Positions 1 to 12,933 of a DNA stretch of 64,000 nt are shown piece after piece. Numbering within the stretch: position 1 is the stretch's first letter; the number at the start of each line of letters is the position of its first letter. The DNA lies in contig NC_068989.1 in assembly GCF_001194135.2 (NCBI RefSeq), positions 41,553,586 through 41,617,585 of the forward strand, read 5' to 3'. Below the pieces are notes generated by a model. That model was not told where the DNA came from, made no database searches, and saw only the letters and a program-made list of their open reading frames with translations. The position numbers and the translations under genes were made by a program. Origin of the DNA: Octopus bimaculoides. Its lineage: Eukaryota.

Positions 1-559
1 ACGAAGTACACTGTGTGTTCTATTGTGATGCTAGCTTGAGAAAAATGACCATGTCCTCAACAAGGCTAAAGGCTTCCCTTGATCCTGTGTCTCTGCTTTC
101 TCACCAACCAGTATTCAGAACATTCTTTCAATCATTTATTGTGATTTGACATCTTGGATGTTGCAGAGTACCCTGATGATTTGAATCCCTACTATTCTGT
201 AAAGTGTTTGTTTACTTAGGGTGACGTGGTTGAGCAAGAACAAGAGTGTGATTGTCAACTCCCTAGCCCTCCCTCCTCAGATGTGTCGCCATAAGTGAAT
301 ATACACTTGACAGATTGGTAGGAACACTGAAATCTTCAGAGTACATAGCAATCACATTATTGTTGGTGGCACTATAAATCCACTCAAAACGAGAGAACAC
401 TGATGTCATAAAAAAAAAAACATATTTAGCATATTGTCTTCAACTATGTTTGGTACGGAGGTTTTGGGTTTTCTGATCTGGATAAGACAAATGAGGTTGT
501 TTAGCCTTAAGGCCTCTGTTTGAACTGACTTATCAAAAGCATTTCAGTCATGACCATTT

Positions 560-673
560 GCCTTTCATTCTTTCGAGGTCGATAAACTAAGTACGAGTTG
601 CATACTGGGGTCGATCTAATTGACTGGCCCCCTCCCCCAAAATTTCGGGCCTTGTGCCTAGAGTAGAAAAGTT
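560..673 (+). mobile_element. 5'-truncated SINE, family B (Nin-like central domain)
   Basis: cctttcattctttcgaggtcgataaa core; 10-bp TSD atgaccattt at 550-559 and 674-683. Confidence 0.75.
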
Positions 674-3134
674 ATGACCATTTCTTTTTTTTTTTTGTTT
701 TTATGTCTAGGCATAATGAATCAATGCTTTTCCTTTATCTTTTAAGATGGTAGGGTTAATTGAAGGAGATTTGGCCACTATTTCTTGCAGTTTGTGATAT
801 AGAGGCTCTTGGGCTATCAGTTTATTACCTGTGCTTCACTATCTACAAATATTTGACGGATTATGTGACAAAAATCAAGTTGGACAAGTTTAAACTCAAA
901 AATCTAATCTCGGTTCAGTGTAAACCAGAATTCTGTTTTGGTTATAGAAAAATCCCTATTTGATTGATCATGCTGTCATAAGGCCTAGAATATGATCATA
1001 TTCTAACATTATTATTATTATATATGAAGGATTTGTTCTACAAGAGGACTTAGTTGAAAGATTTATAAATGAAGAAGATAGTTTTTCTCTTGTGGAATCA
1101 CTAGACTAGAGATATCGAGGCTCTTAAATATACCAACAGGAATTCACCACTATGTAAGTTTAAGGACCACATGTATATTATCTATAATATACAGTAAGCT
1201 GATAATTACCAAGCTACCTCATTAAAATCTCTTACTGCTATTTTTCCCATTCTTATGGTTTGAACAAGGTAAAATGACTGAAGATAATGAAAAATCAATG
1301 TTAGCTTGTGTTCTGCTGACTTTGGCTTGATTCTGTGAATATAGAGGATTTTAAGTAATTGCTGAGACAGGTGAACATGATCTTATTGATATACACCTGT
1401 CTTGAAGAAATAACTGGATGTTAAGTCTTGGCTGATGTCTATGGGTGAGGTAATTGCATAGGTTTCAATATAACTAGATGATGCAAGCAAACTGGGGTTA
1501 GTTTATTATAAGTTAGTTTTAAAAGATACCTACAGTAGACTAAAACTGTTAAGATGCTATCAGAACAAACCTGAGAGCCTTGAATTTAATGGAGATAAGA
1601 TTGCGATGCTGAAATACAAACCTGTCCAGTTCTTTTGCAGTTTTCATTTGGTACAATATCTAATATATTTTGTCAGATAGAATAATTTCAGTTTTAATAT
1701 CCCTTGTTTGAAGTAAATTTTAGTATTTTCTTTTTAACTTACACGCTTGACATATAGTAAGATTAAGGTTAATAGTTGGCGTACAGCAAGGTTAACTTCG
1801 AGAGTTAATTTCTGTAATTCATTTTTTGGTTGAAGCCATTTCATTTCTATCACTAATATTATTGAGAAGAGTTATAAATATAGCAATATTATTTCAGTTC
1901 TGTGTATCTGTATCTTGGGCCATACTAAAGGTTAAGTCGGTAAGTTTCATCAAACCACAACCTTTAGAAACAGAGCCAGGCAGATGTAGACAGACATTTG
2001 TCGAAATACTTCAACTAGGATACTTATAACCTAGTGGTTTGACATCTTGGCTGTTAGGTCATGCACTTGATTTTCCAGAGGTTGTGTTGTCTTTGGACAA
2101 GGCATTTCATGTTGCTTCAATTCAGTCATCATCATCACCATTATTTTAATGCCCTCTTTTCCATGCTTGCATGAGTCTCTTAGAATTCACTGAAACAAAT
2201 TCTCTACAGTTGGATGGCCTTTCTATAGTCAGTCTTCTCCTGTTTACAAATAAGGTAATAATTTCCTCATGACCAGACATGTTCACCGTGGAAGACGTGA
2301 AACAAACAACATCGCTTGTATGATGGTGATGTTTATTTATAAACAGCATGTAGTGTTGTCAAGTTTGTCAAAACAAGGGCTCATACACACACACACATCC
2401 ACCTTTTCTGCTCTTTTATCCTGTTCTGTTTCATATGCACCTTGTACCTGGATTTTATATGTCTTTCTCCCCCCTCTCTCTTTTCCATGTGGTTAAGCCA
2501 TATATTCACCTCTTCAGCAAGTCACCTGCTCCTTGCCCTTCTATCATAGTTTTGTATCCCTCCATTCTGTATCCCATTCAGTTGAGGAGATTTATTTCTG
2601 GGTACTTGATGACCCCACTAGTGCTGGTGCCATGTAAAACGTTCCTAGTACACTGTTAAATGGTTGGCATTAGGAAGGGCATCTAGCTGTAGAAACCATG
2701 CCAGAGCGGACATAAGAATCTGGTGCAGTACTCTGGCTCATCTGTTCTTGTCGAATTGTCCAACTCATGCCAACATGGAAAAGTGGACATTAAATGATTG
2801 TGTATGTATATGAACCCCAGTTGAGAACCACTGGTCTACACCCTCCACAATTAGATATTGGAACTTCTTGGCATTACAGTATAGTAAAAGAAAACAAGTG
2901 AACTGAAAAATTACTAAATACTGTACAGGAGTTGTGATGCTGATAGCTAAAGATGTCATAACCCTTTCACTTCTACAACTGATGCCTATTACAATTAAAC
3001 AATTGTTGTCTGTTTTCATTTTCCTTATGTCCTCAATAAATCAGACACCATGTATAAATTTTTTTTTTCTGTAATTTTTTAGTATGATTGAATTACATTT
3101 TTTTGTTGTAACTATCTTGTATGAGGGTCCTTAA

Positions 3135-3356
3135 TCTTTTTGATATCAACATGCTTGAGTCTACCCCTGGTTCTGTGATACAAACTTCGAGTTTTAAAGC
3201 GATCTAAATTAAAAGTTTCCATCAAAATTTCATGTTAATTTATTTTCAGAATACCAGCTTAAAACAGACAAAAGTATTTTGATAAATTCTTTACTAGTTC
3301 AAAAATTAATTGAAGCAAAGGCAGTGTATTTCACCAGAAATATGGTAACAAAAGGG
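3135..3356. mobile_element. TTAA-flanked piggyBac-type MITE, family F
   Basis: TTAA at 3131-3134 and 3357-3360; ends in acaaaaggg; related pieces near 9285, 31870, 32720, 47950, 51990, 54185, 57810. Confidence 0.75.
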
Positions 3357-3850
3357 TTAACATCAAAACTTGAAAAAAACCCCCAAAAAACCAATGATTT
3401 TAGCTTGTTAAAATACCTAGATATTAGTGTAGCACAAGTAGAAAATAATCTTGTGGTTTTTAATTGTCTGTCTATGGGGAAAGAAACTTTCAGTAGAATT
3501 CTATGCAATGATCAAAATCCATTATCCAGTATGTCTAGTATCATTGGTTTGAGGGAATTGATTTTTTTTTTTAACCCCCACTATCTTCTTTAACGAGGTG
3601 TAGTGAACACAGCAAGTTAATATCTGCTTCTACATCAGATATTATACTCAATGTTTGTATGACAAAGTTTACAGAGGTTTTAATCCCGTCTCCCATGTTT
3701 TTTTTTTCTAGACATTTTGTTATATATAATTATACACGTCCTTTTTAATATTTTTGTAAAATGTGGCTATCTTCTAATGACGAAAATTATATTTCTTTCT
3801 GTTTATTTGATTGTTTTCCTCATGGCATTTTAATATTAGTTATGTCACTG

Positions 3851-4063
3851 AGGCGGCGAGCTGGCAGAATTATTAGCATGCTGGGCAAAATGCTTTGCAG
3901 CATTTCATCAAGCTTTACATTCTGAGTTCAAATTTTGCAAAGGTCAACTGCCTTTCATCCTTTTGGTGTCAATAAAATAAGTACCAGATGCACACTGGGG
4001 TTGGTGTAATTGACTTACCCCTTCCCTGAACTTGCTGGCCTTGTGCCAAAATTTGAGACCAGT
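3851..4063 (+). mobile_element. Full-length SINE, family B
   Basis: ggcggcgagctggcagaa head; 12-bp TSD gttatgtcactg at 3839-3850 and 4064-4075. Confidence 0.85.
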
Positions 4064-4614
4064 GTTATGTCACTGTTAATATTGTTTCGCAGCCAAAGGA
4101 AAAAAAAGAAAGAAGCAAGCCCCATCCCCCAAGTCATTAAGACTAATTCTTTGACTAATACTAAGCATTCTATGAAAGGCGATTTCAGTCTTTCTGAGAC
4201 GGATCTGCACACTAAGAAATAGAGTGGGGAGTGGGAACCAAACTCCTGTCTTCCAATAAGAAACAGGATCCCTTTCTGCCACCCATTTACCTGAGTTATA
4301 GGTCTGAAATATCACATGGTGAAATGGTCAGACCACTTGAGCAAAGGGCTTCTTTGAAAATACTTGGTTGTAATTTCTTAACTGATCTTTGTTGGGGCTC
4401 TTACATAGGTCTGCTTTCTGTAAGCTTGAGTCATTGTATAGGTCAAAGGACTACTTCACATCCAAGGCCATTTTCTATTTTTAGAAGTCCACAATTTGTT
4501 CTTGTATGGAATGCAATTCTCATTTGGGCAGGTCCATTGTCTTGTTTCTTGGATTTCCCCGACTGGGTTCAGAAGTGAGTCTCTAATTTGATTGGTCCCT
4601 CTCTTGCTTCCATT

Positions 4615-4900
4615 CTGCAACCCTTGTCACATCAACATGAAGCTGCCAGTCTTAATCTTTTCTATCGTTATTGCACAGGAATTGCTCTGATGAACTTCTT
4701 CTCTTAGTTCCAGATCACTTAGTCCCATCTTGAAACTCAGTGTCTTCATCCAAATTCAGTAGTACTTCCACAAATAAGGAAGTCTTTCTATGATCGTAGC
4801 TTTTTTCCTCGAACTGCCAGACTTTGGAACTTCTTTCCATCTCATTGTGTTCCTCCTCCTTATGACTGCAACTCTTTCAGATCTAAATTAAATTTATTCC
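4615..4900 (+). mobile_element. Non-LTR retrotransposon ORF2 C-terminal remnant (Jockey/CR1-group-like)
   Basis: LQPLSH...AASLNLFYRY...CSDEL and RSFFPRTARLWN.....VFP fragments with frameshifts. Confidence 0.6.
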
Positions 4901-5569
4901 TAATTTATTCCTTTCCTCTTAATTTCTCCTTCATAATCCCTTACACTGAGTGGCTTCTCGCTTGATTGAGGTTTTTTTCATTAAAAAAGACAAAATATCT
5001 AGGATCTGCATATCTCTTTGTTCATTCCTATATTACTGCTATCAAATATTTTTCTATATTTCGTAGGAACCATTTTTGTCAGTAATTGAATTATTGCAGG
5101 AGGTTCTACAAAATAATAGTGTGCATGTGTTAGAACTATAGTTAACCCTTTAGCATTCATATTATTCTGTCAAAAGTAATGCTTATGTATTCTCACTGTT
5201 TTATATTAATCTATGTATATAAAAGAAAATTTGTATGTGTGTGTGTTCTTTATGCATTGGGAAACTGAGTTGCCGATTTTGACATATGGGGTATCAAAAA
5301 ATTCAGTAGTTTTTCGGCTACCAAATAAACTTTATTTTCGTTCATATATTTTTTATGTTACTTTAACAACCAGCTTTAGTTATTTGAAAGACACTGCTCT
5401 ACAATGACCTGGTTTCATTAGAAAGTGAAAATAGTTTCATGCTTTCAGTTTGGACCAAAATTACTAAGTGTTGCATTATGAGAGTGATGTGTGAATAATG
5501 AAAGTAATGTTTCTCTGAATTAGTCACATTTATATTACAATAAAGAAAGCTGTTTATCAGCTGTCTATA

Positions 5570-6418
5570 TATTGGGTCATCTCATAAGTAATGTGATTTT
5601 TTTCAATTGCATGAACTCAAAGTTGGAGGGGGACAGTATAAACTACCTGCATTAACTTGCTATATGAGCAGGTAGTAGTTTTACCCTGTCTTCATTCTTA
5701 TTGCAAGTTTTGAAGCGTGCAGTTTGATTAAAATTTTTTTCAAAGCTATAATAGAAGTGACAAAGGAGCATATTTGGCATATTTTGCTTTTATGAGTTCG
5801 ATAAAGGCAACAACACAACGGAACATGCGAGGAATATTAATGCAGTATATGAAGATCAGACAAAAAATGTAAGCCAGTCTCAACTGTGAAGATCTGTAAA
5901 GCTTGATGACATCCTGCAAACCCTGGTGGAACAAAATCCCATATAACTGTTGAAGAATAGCAGAGAAACTTGGATTTGGTCATTCAACCATTCATTCAAG
6001 TCAGCAGCCATTTTTCCATTAAATACAAAAGGTGTTCTTCCATCAGGATAATGCTCAGCCACATACAGCGAGGACAGCATTTCAAAGGTTGGAGCAGTTT
6101 GAATGGGAAACGATGCCCCCACCTACCATATTTGCCTGACATTGCCCCATCTGATTATCATTTATTCCGCAGCCTTCACAATCATTTGGACAGAAAAAAT
6201 ATGAATTCTGTAGACAATGTCAGAACAGTATGGGAGGAGTATTTTTTGTCACGGACAAGTGAATTTTGGGAGAGGAGCCTTGCAAGTCTACCAGATAGAT
6301 GGAAGAGCATTGTAGAAAATGGAGAGTATATTTTAGATTAAAAAAGAAATTTGTTTATATTAATTTTGAAAAATAAAAGAAGTATAAAAAAACGCATTAT
6401 TTATGGGATGACCCAATA
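5570..6418 (+). mobile_element. Mariner (D34D) internally deleted, non-autonomous element
   Basis: Inverted ends tattgggtcatc(t/c)cataa..., TA flanks; N-terminal KEHIWHILLYEFDKG remnant; FHQDNAQPH...PDIAPSDYHLF with 34 residues between Asp codons at 6047 and 6153 after removing a +1 frameshift. Confidence 0.9.
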
Positions 6419-7135
6419 TAAAGGCTGCCAAATAAACTGTTTTTGGCACAACTCCTTTTTACTACTAAAATAACTTTGGAAATGAGGTCGAGTCACACAA
6501 TTTTGAGGTCAGTTTCAGGCAATATTTCAATTTGCTTCTAATGTTTCACTTTCGTCCAATATTTCATGCATGAATAGATTTCTACTTAGACAAACATTTA
6601 TGAAAATGTACACATAAATATTGTATTAAAATAAGCCACAACCAAAACAAATTTCACTAAAAGACATCTATTTCTCTATATGCTATGAGGAAATACAGTC
6701 ACTCACGCTTTCTCTCTTACATGCACACATACACATACAAAAAAGATGTATGCATATGTATTTATGTATGTGTGTATGAAAGGTAATGTGTGTGTGCTTG
6801 TGTGAGAGAGAGAGAGCGAGTGAGTGCCACTTAGTTGTACATGCAAAAAAATACATAACGCACACCTTCACTCACTTTCTTTCTCTCACATACATATGTC
6901 AATTTCATATACATGTACAGACATCTTTCACTTTCTCCTCTCACTTCAAAGCAAATGTTGCCTTTTCACTTTCTCTTCTCTTTCAATTTCTGCTTTCTTC
7001 AAAGCATAAACAAATAAAAAAAATCTTACGGAAATTAATGAACAATCATATGATCCCATATGATTGAGTTGACAACTTTGCTGCCTCAAATGAAAGAATG
7101 CCACGAAATAACTTCCTTTGGCGCGCACACACACG

Positions 7136-7910
7136 NNNNNNNNNNNNNNNNNNNNNNNNNNNNNNNNNNNNNNNNNNNNNNNNNNNNNNNNNNNNNNNNN
7201 NNNNNNNNNNNNNNNNNNNNNNNNNNNNNNNNNNNNNNNNNNNNNNNNNNNNNNNNNNNNNNNNNNNNNNNNNNNNNNNNNNNNNNNNNNNNNNNNNNNN
7301 NNNNNNNNNNNNNNNNNNNNNNNNNNNNNNNNNNNNNNNNNNNNNNNNNNNNNNNNNNNNNNNNNNNNNNNNNNNNNNNNNNNNNNNNNNNNNNNNNNNN
7401 NNNNNNNNNNNNNNNNNNNNNNNNNNNNNNNNNNNNNNNNNNNNNNNNNNNNNNNNNNNNNNNNNNNNNNNNNNNNNNNNNNNNNNNNNNNNNNNNNNNN
7501 NNNNNNNNNNNNNNNNNNNNNNNNNNNNNNNNNNNNNNNNNNNNNNNNNNNNNNNNNNNNNNNNNNNNNNNNNNNNNNNNNNNNNNNNNNNNNNNNNNNN
7601 NNNNNNNNNNNNNNNNNNNNNNNNNNNNNNNNNNNNNNNNNNNNNNNNNNNNNNNNNNNNNNNNNNNNNNNNNNNNNNNNNNNNNNNNNNNNNNNNNNNN
7701 NNNNNNNNNNNNNNNNNNNNNNNNNNNNNNNNNNNNNNNNNNNNNNNNNNNNNNNNNNNNNNNNNNNNNNNNNNNNNNNNNNNNNNNNNNNNNNNNNNNN
7801 NNNNNNNNNNNNNNNNNNNNNNNNNNNNNNNNNNNNNNNNNNNNNNNNNNNNNNNNNNNNNNNNNNNNNNNNNNNNNNNNNNNNNNNNNNNNNNNNNNNN
7901 NNNNNNNNNA
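7136..7910. other. Assembly gap, 775 N
   Basis: N run. Confidence 1.
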
Positions 7911-8592
7911 ATTCTGTGCATGCGTGAAACACTGGGAGGTTTTAACTTTTTGAAAGCGGATAGGTGATGGGTGGGCAAGGTGGGGGAAGGGGCATATAGT
8001 GTGTCTTTAAGAAAAATTAAACTTGAAAAAAAAAAGACATGTTTCCCAGATTCGTAATCTCTGTATTTTTCTACGTGGATAAAAAAAAAAAAAAGTTAAA
8101 GTTAAAAATTAAGAAATTGCAGTGGGGACAGGGGGAAATTAAAATTTTGAAACCGTGGTCTCTGGGCAAAATCGTATTAACCTGCTCTTATACGATGAAA
8201 CCATACATAGTTTGTGATCCTTCTTAACAAAAGAAAGCATTTTCATGCAAATTGTAACCCCCTACCCCCCACACTTTCAAACAAACAAACAACTTCCATT
8301 ACACTAGTAATCCAGTTCGCCATAAATCAACTGTGCCAATTCTGCTCATAAGAAAGGAACAAATAATACAATGTGGCTGTATGTCATAACACCTGGGCAA
8401 TTATGTTGTAACTTTGAGATTTTGAAGAGATAACTTAATTTTTAGCATGATATTGTAGGGTTGGTGTGAGGGGCCAGATCTGGCCAGTTTGGTCATTAAA
8501 CAGGTAAAACATTTTGGCCAGATATAGCCAGTTTAAATGCTAAAGGGTTAATGTGTTTCTGTTGAAACATGACCAACTAACAAATATGGATT

Positions 8593-9003
8593 TTTAAATT
8601 TTGGCACAAGGCCGGAAATTTCAGGGGAGGGGATAAGTTGACCCATGCTCAACTGATAATTATGAAAGAATGAAAGGCAAAGCTAACCTCAGTGGAATTT
8701 GAACTCAGAACATAAGGGCAGACACAATTTATGCATTTTGCATGGTGTGCCAATTCTGCCACCTTGCCACTTTACATCTACCAAATATTGGTTTCAAGTT
8801 TTGGCACAAGGCCAGAAATTTTTGGAGAGGTGTTTAGTTGATTACATCAACTCCAGTACTCAACAGATATTTATTTTATCAATCCCGAGAGGATGAAAGG
8901 GAAAGTCAACTTCAGTGGAAATTTAGCTCAGAACATAAAGATGGATGAAATACCACTAAGCATTTTTCCCAACATGCTAATGATTCTGCCAGCTTACCGC
9001 CCT
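8593..9003 (-). mobile_element. Two adjacent family B SINEs
   Basis: Each shows ttggcacaaggcc...gaatttgaactcagaac...ctgcca.ctt.cc on the + strand. Confidence 0.75.
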
Positions 9004-12000
9004 CTGCCTGACTATCAAATTTGACTTGACTGGTGTGAAATAGTTCTATGCTTTTGAAACATTGGCATAACTTCCATGTAAGATCTACAAGTTACTTCAC
9101 CAAATATTTAGATCCGTCCTTTATATTGCATTAACAGAAATAGACTGGCTGGAATTTTTCCAAGGCCCTCTGAGTTTCAATTACATGAGAGTACTGAAAA
9201 AAAAAGTTCTAAATTTTCTCGTCTTAGAGGAATTGTGTACTAAAGAGTAAATATAATTGACTTTTGTCTCTGTATGTTACTGAAGAGTAACCCTTTTGAA
9301 ATCAACCCACCCAAGATCACCTTCTCATTTTATGGTACAAAATTTCCTGTTTTAAAATTGTCTAAATTCAAAGTTTCCAACAAAACTTCTTGTTAATTTG
9401 TGTTCTAAACACCAGCTTAACAATGATAAAGTTATTTACGATATTCATTTATTTCCTTCAAAATTAATTGATATGAAAGCTGGGACTAGCTATAGTGGTA
9501 TCAACTAATACTTGTGAAAGGCAAAGCTAACCTCATTGGAATTTGAACTCAGAATTTATGCATTTTGCAGGGTGTGTCAATTCTGCCACCTTGCCACTTT
9601 ACATCTATTATATGGGTAGAATTGGTCAGGTGCCAGATAAAAAAAATTTGTCATATCTCTTTATATTCCAAGTTCATTTACCCCATCAGGGATGATAAGT
9701 AGCAATAATGTACTAAGGCTCAGTTCAGTCAACAACTTGTAGCACTTTTAGAAATCATTATGGTTGGTATTTCCACTGTTGTATCACCAAAGACTGGTGT
9801 CACAGTCCTGTCAGCATCTATTCTCACCTACTTTTTCCAGTTGCACTTTCAAAGTAATTTTTTTTTTTTTTTTTTTTTTTTTTGTGTTAGTTAGGTAATA
9901 CTTAAGCTCTCATAAATAGCTGGCTGTCTACACAGCCCTCAATGACATTTAAGTACTGGGATGGTGCTGCTATACACATGAAGACATTCCAGTCTACCCT
10001 TTTATTCTTCCACCAGTCACTCTTAATTTTAGTTTCAAGATATAGCTCACAGATGCTGTGGAATGTATCATTTGTGATGTTTCTGGTGTATCAGTGGGGT
10101 TTTAGGTCTTTCAGCATCAGATCCCCTTCCCAGTTAACCCATCTGGGGTTGATCAAAGTCCTGGCTTGCATTCCAGTAGCAACAAACCACTGTTCTGTTC
10201 ACTTTATCCAAAGCCACTTAGTGATAAAATTTATAGCCCTCCTCTTTGCTGCTTGAGTAACTCCAAGCCCAGTCAGAGCTTTGCAGAATGAATGCGCCAC
10301 AGGACCCTGGCAGCCCACACTATCTTTCTACTTAAACCCTACCAGAAAAACTTAATTCCCTTCCTAAAACTACAACCTTTTTGAATTCCCTTCCCATCCG
10401 TGTTTTTGATTTTTTTCACTCTCTGATCTACATATGTCTCCACTGATAGCCCAGTATTCTTGGTACATCAGTAATGGTCATGGGCACTGTCTCTCCTGTT
10501 TCTGTAAATGTGACCTTCATAAGTGATGTAGGGAGATTTGGCTATTATTTAATAGCAGTTTAGGAGATTAAATTATAAAAGGAAAATCAATGTTATCTGG
10601 TGAACTTAGTGTTTGGAATGATCATGTTTTCTCCTTGTACCATATACTGCTTGAATCTGTCTTGTATTAGAACACAGTACTATATATGTGGAACAGTTTA
10701 CAACTCTGTATGGGGAATGCAGCATTTCACTTGGTATATGTCATATATGATATGACACAAATTTACTCATTGATATATTGGAATTATTGATCAATCAATC
10801 CATGAAATACTACAGTTTCCAGCAGTGAAACTGGATTAACAAATGGAGAAACAACACTTGCCTGACAACTTCAGGTTGATTTCTATTGCTTTCACATGTG
10901 TGTGTGAGCACTCATTTCCTTTTTTTCCCTACAAGTGATGTGTTCTCTAATGGTAACACTTTACATTAAGGTTACATGAAATGTTCAGACTGTGTCACAT
11001 TATCTGACCTTATAGCAACAAAAGCCAAACTACTTCATACTACTTCGATACTTTATACTCTCATTTTGCTTTTGTTTTGGAAAACCACTGCATAGTTTTG
11101 TGTTGCTCCAAGTAGTTGTTGTGTAACTTTACTTGGCCTCGGTGAAGCAGTCCTGTATGGTTAACTAATTGCTATTACTTGCTAGTATAACTTAGTAACG
11201 TGTATTATGCTTTCATCAGCTGGTGTCTGTATTTGCGAGCAGACATAGTCACCCTTTCAGTTTCCCCACCCATGATTTAGCTGAGCCTTGAATGTGACAG
11301 ATTGAGAGAGAAAAGGCTGGAGTGACTTGAAATGGAGTGCCTTGCTCAAGGACACACGTTTTCTGATATAGGAATCCAAATCACAGCTTTATGATCTTGA
11401 ACCTAATAACTATTATATGACTTCATTATAGATAGTGGTTTGTTAGATTAGCATATTGCTACTTTATCTAATGACTAATTATTATATCAAATAACATTGC
11501 TTTTGCTGTCATTTCATTTATTACTTAGTATTCTTTCCTCCCTTTTTTTTTCTACTATGTATTATATTAATATCTTTGGTAATTCTTCACATTATTGTAT
11601 CCCCTATATGTACTGTTTTGAGCTTTTATTGAAATGTTTGTTGGAAAGATGACTGAAGTGTGACAATTTTAAACTGAATGCCGAAATAGATCTATATCTT
11701 ACTATTTTACCATTCCAAGTTCAAATTTTACAAGGTTTTTTTTTTCTTTGTTAATCTTTGAATCTGTTTATTATGTTATGAAATTCAATGTATAGATTCT
11801 CTCTTTGATACAAAGTTAATATTGTTTCTGGTTCAAATAAATCATTAGTATGTTTCATTTTCAGATATTAAAAATGGTTAAAACTTTACCAATTTTCTGT
11901 ATTCGTCATTCACATTAGTTTATTTTCCATTTTACCACCCCCACCTTTTTTTTTTTAATTTTGTTCACTAACTATTTGCATTGAATGTAAAACATTTCTA

Positions 12001-12854
12001 CAACAAAGGCACAGCCATTTTGAAAATATTTGAAGCTAAATAAAATTCCCCTCTCAACTTAACTGTTTTGTTTTAAAATGATTATCTGGTAGAGTTTGCT
12101 GTTGTTTATACTGACTCTATTACAAACAGCAGTTCTTACAAAATGGCTTCAGTGATGACTTTTACTGCATCATACGTGCAACTATGTCTTAGTAATAACT
12201 CATTTATCAGTGCAGAGATTAATATTTTTTAATTCTTAAGTGAAACAAGTTTACCCAAATATAACCTGTTGTGGTTATAGAATCCAAATAAGTAAATTGT
12301 TCTAAGAATTGAATGTTGATCTTATTGACTATGGTATAAAGTTATATACACTCTCCTTTAATCTCATCAATGTTTATTTTTTAATTGCTAATCTCCATCT
12401 TAGTTAATTTGATTAGAGTCTTTGAAATTTGATTTACCAGTACAATATCAAATGAGGAAGTTTGCAGCAGCAGCTGTTAAAATTTTTTACTTTACTGACT
12501 ACTTTACTTCTTCAACCAATCTTTTTATTTTAGGCATATTATTGGCCTCTTTCTCTTATCTAAATTTAACCCAGGAAACTTTCCTATTAAGCAGTCTTCT
12601 TGTATATATAAGAGACATAGGTTGCATGTTTGTGGGATACACTGTGTACATGTCTGTAAGATACACTGGTCACATATGTTTGTGAGATTCTGTCCTGTTT
12701 GTGATACATGTTTACATGTTTGTGAGATATACTGTTTAAGTGTTTGTGAGATATCTTGCCCACATACTTGTGAAACAGTAAGAGGTAACTTGTAACAAAT
12801 ATCCTTTTACAAAAATATCAAAATATCACTAATGTTTTTAATATTATTTTCCAG

Positions 12855-12933
12855 GTAAAGCAATTAAAGAAAAAAGTTGAAGAAGATAAGGGTAAAGATT
12901 ATCCTGCAGCTGCCCAAAAGCTGATATATTCAG
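12855..12933 (+). CDS. RAD23: RAD23 homologue, coding exon 2 (UBL domain, VKQLKKKVEEDKGKDYPAAAQKLIYS-G)
   Basis: ttttccag acceptor and G|gtaggt donor; 79 nt (phase 0 to 1); matches the RAD23 UBL stretch VKALKEKIE..KG.D..P...QKLIY.G. Confidence 0.95.

Noticed and set aside
5210-5420. Possible Helitron-like 5' end (a|tctatgtatataaaag… gccgattttgac) interrupting a family E MITE
   Set aside because: No matching 3' hairpin-CTRR end found nearby; too weak to call.
6946-7978. Five long ORFs (269-328 aa) in the ORF track
   Set aside because: They consist almost entirely of X from the N gap.
1-12854. Search for RAD23 exon 1 or another gene upstream
   Set aside because: No M..TLKTL.QQTF-like segment or other spliced coding signal seen by eye in the readable sequence.
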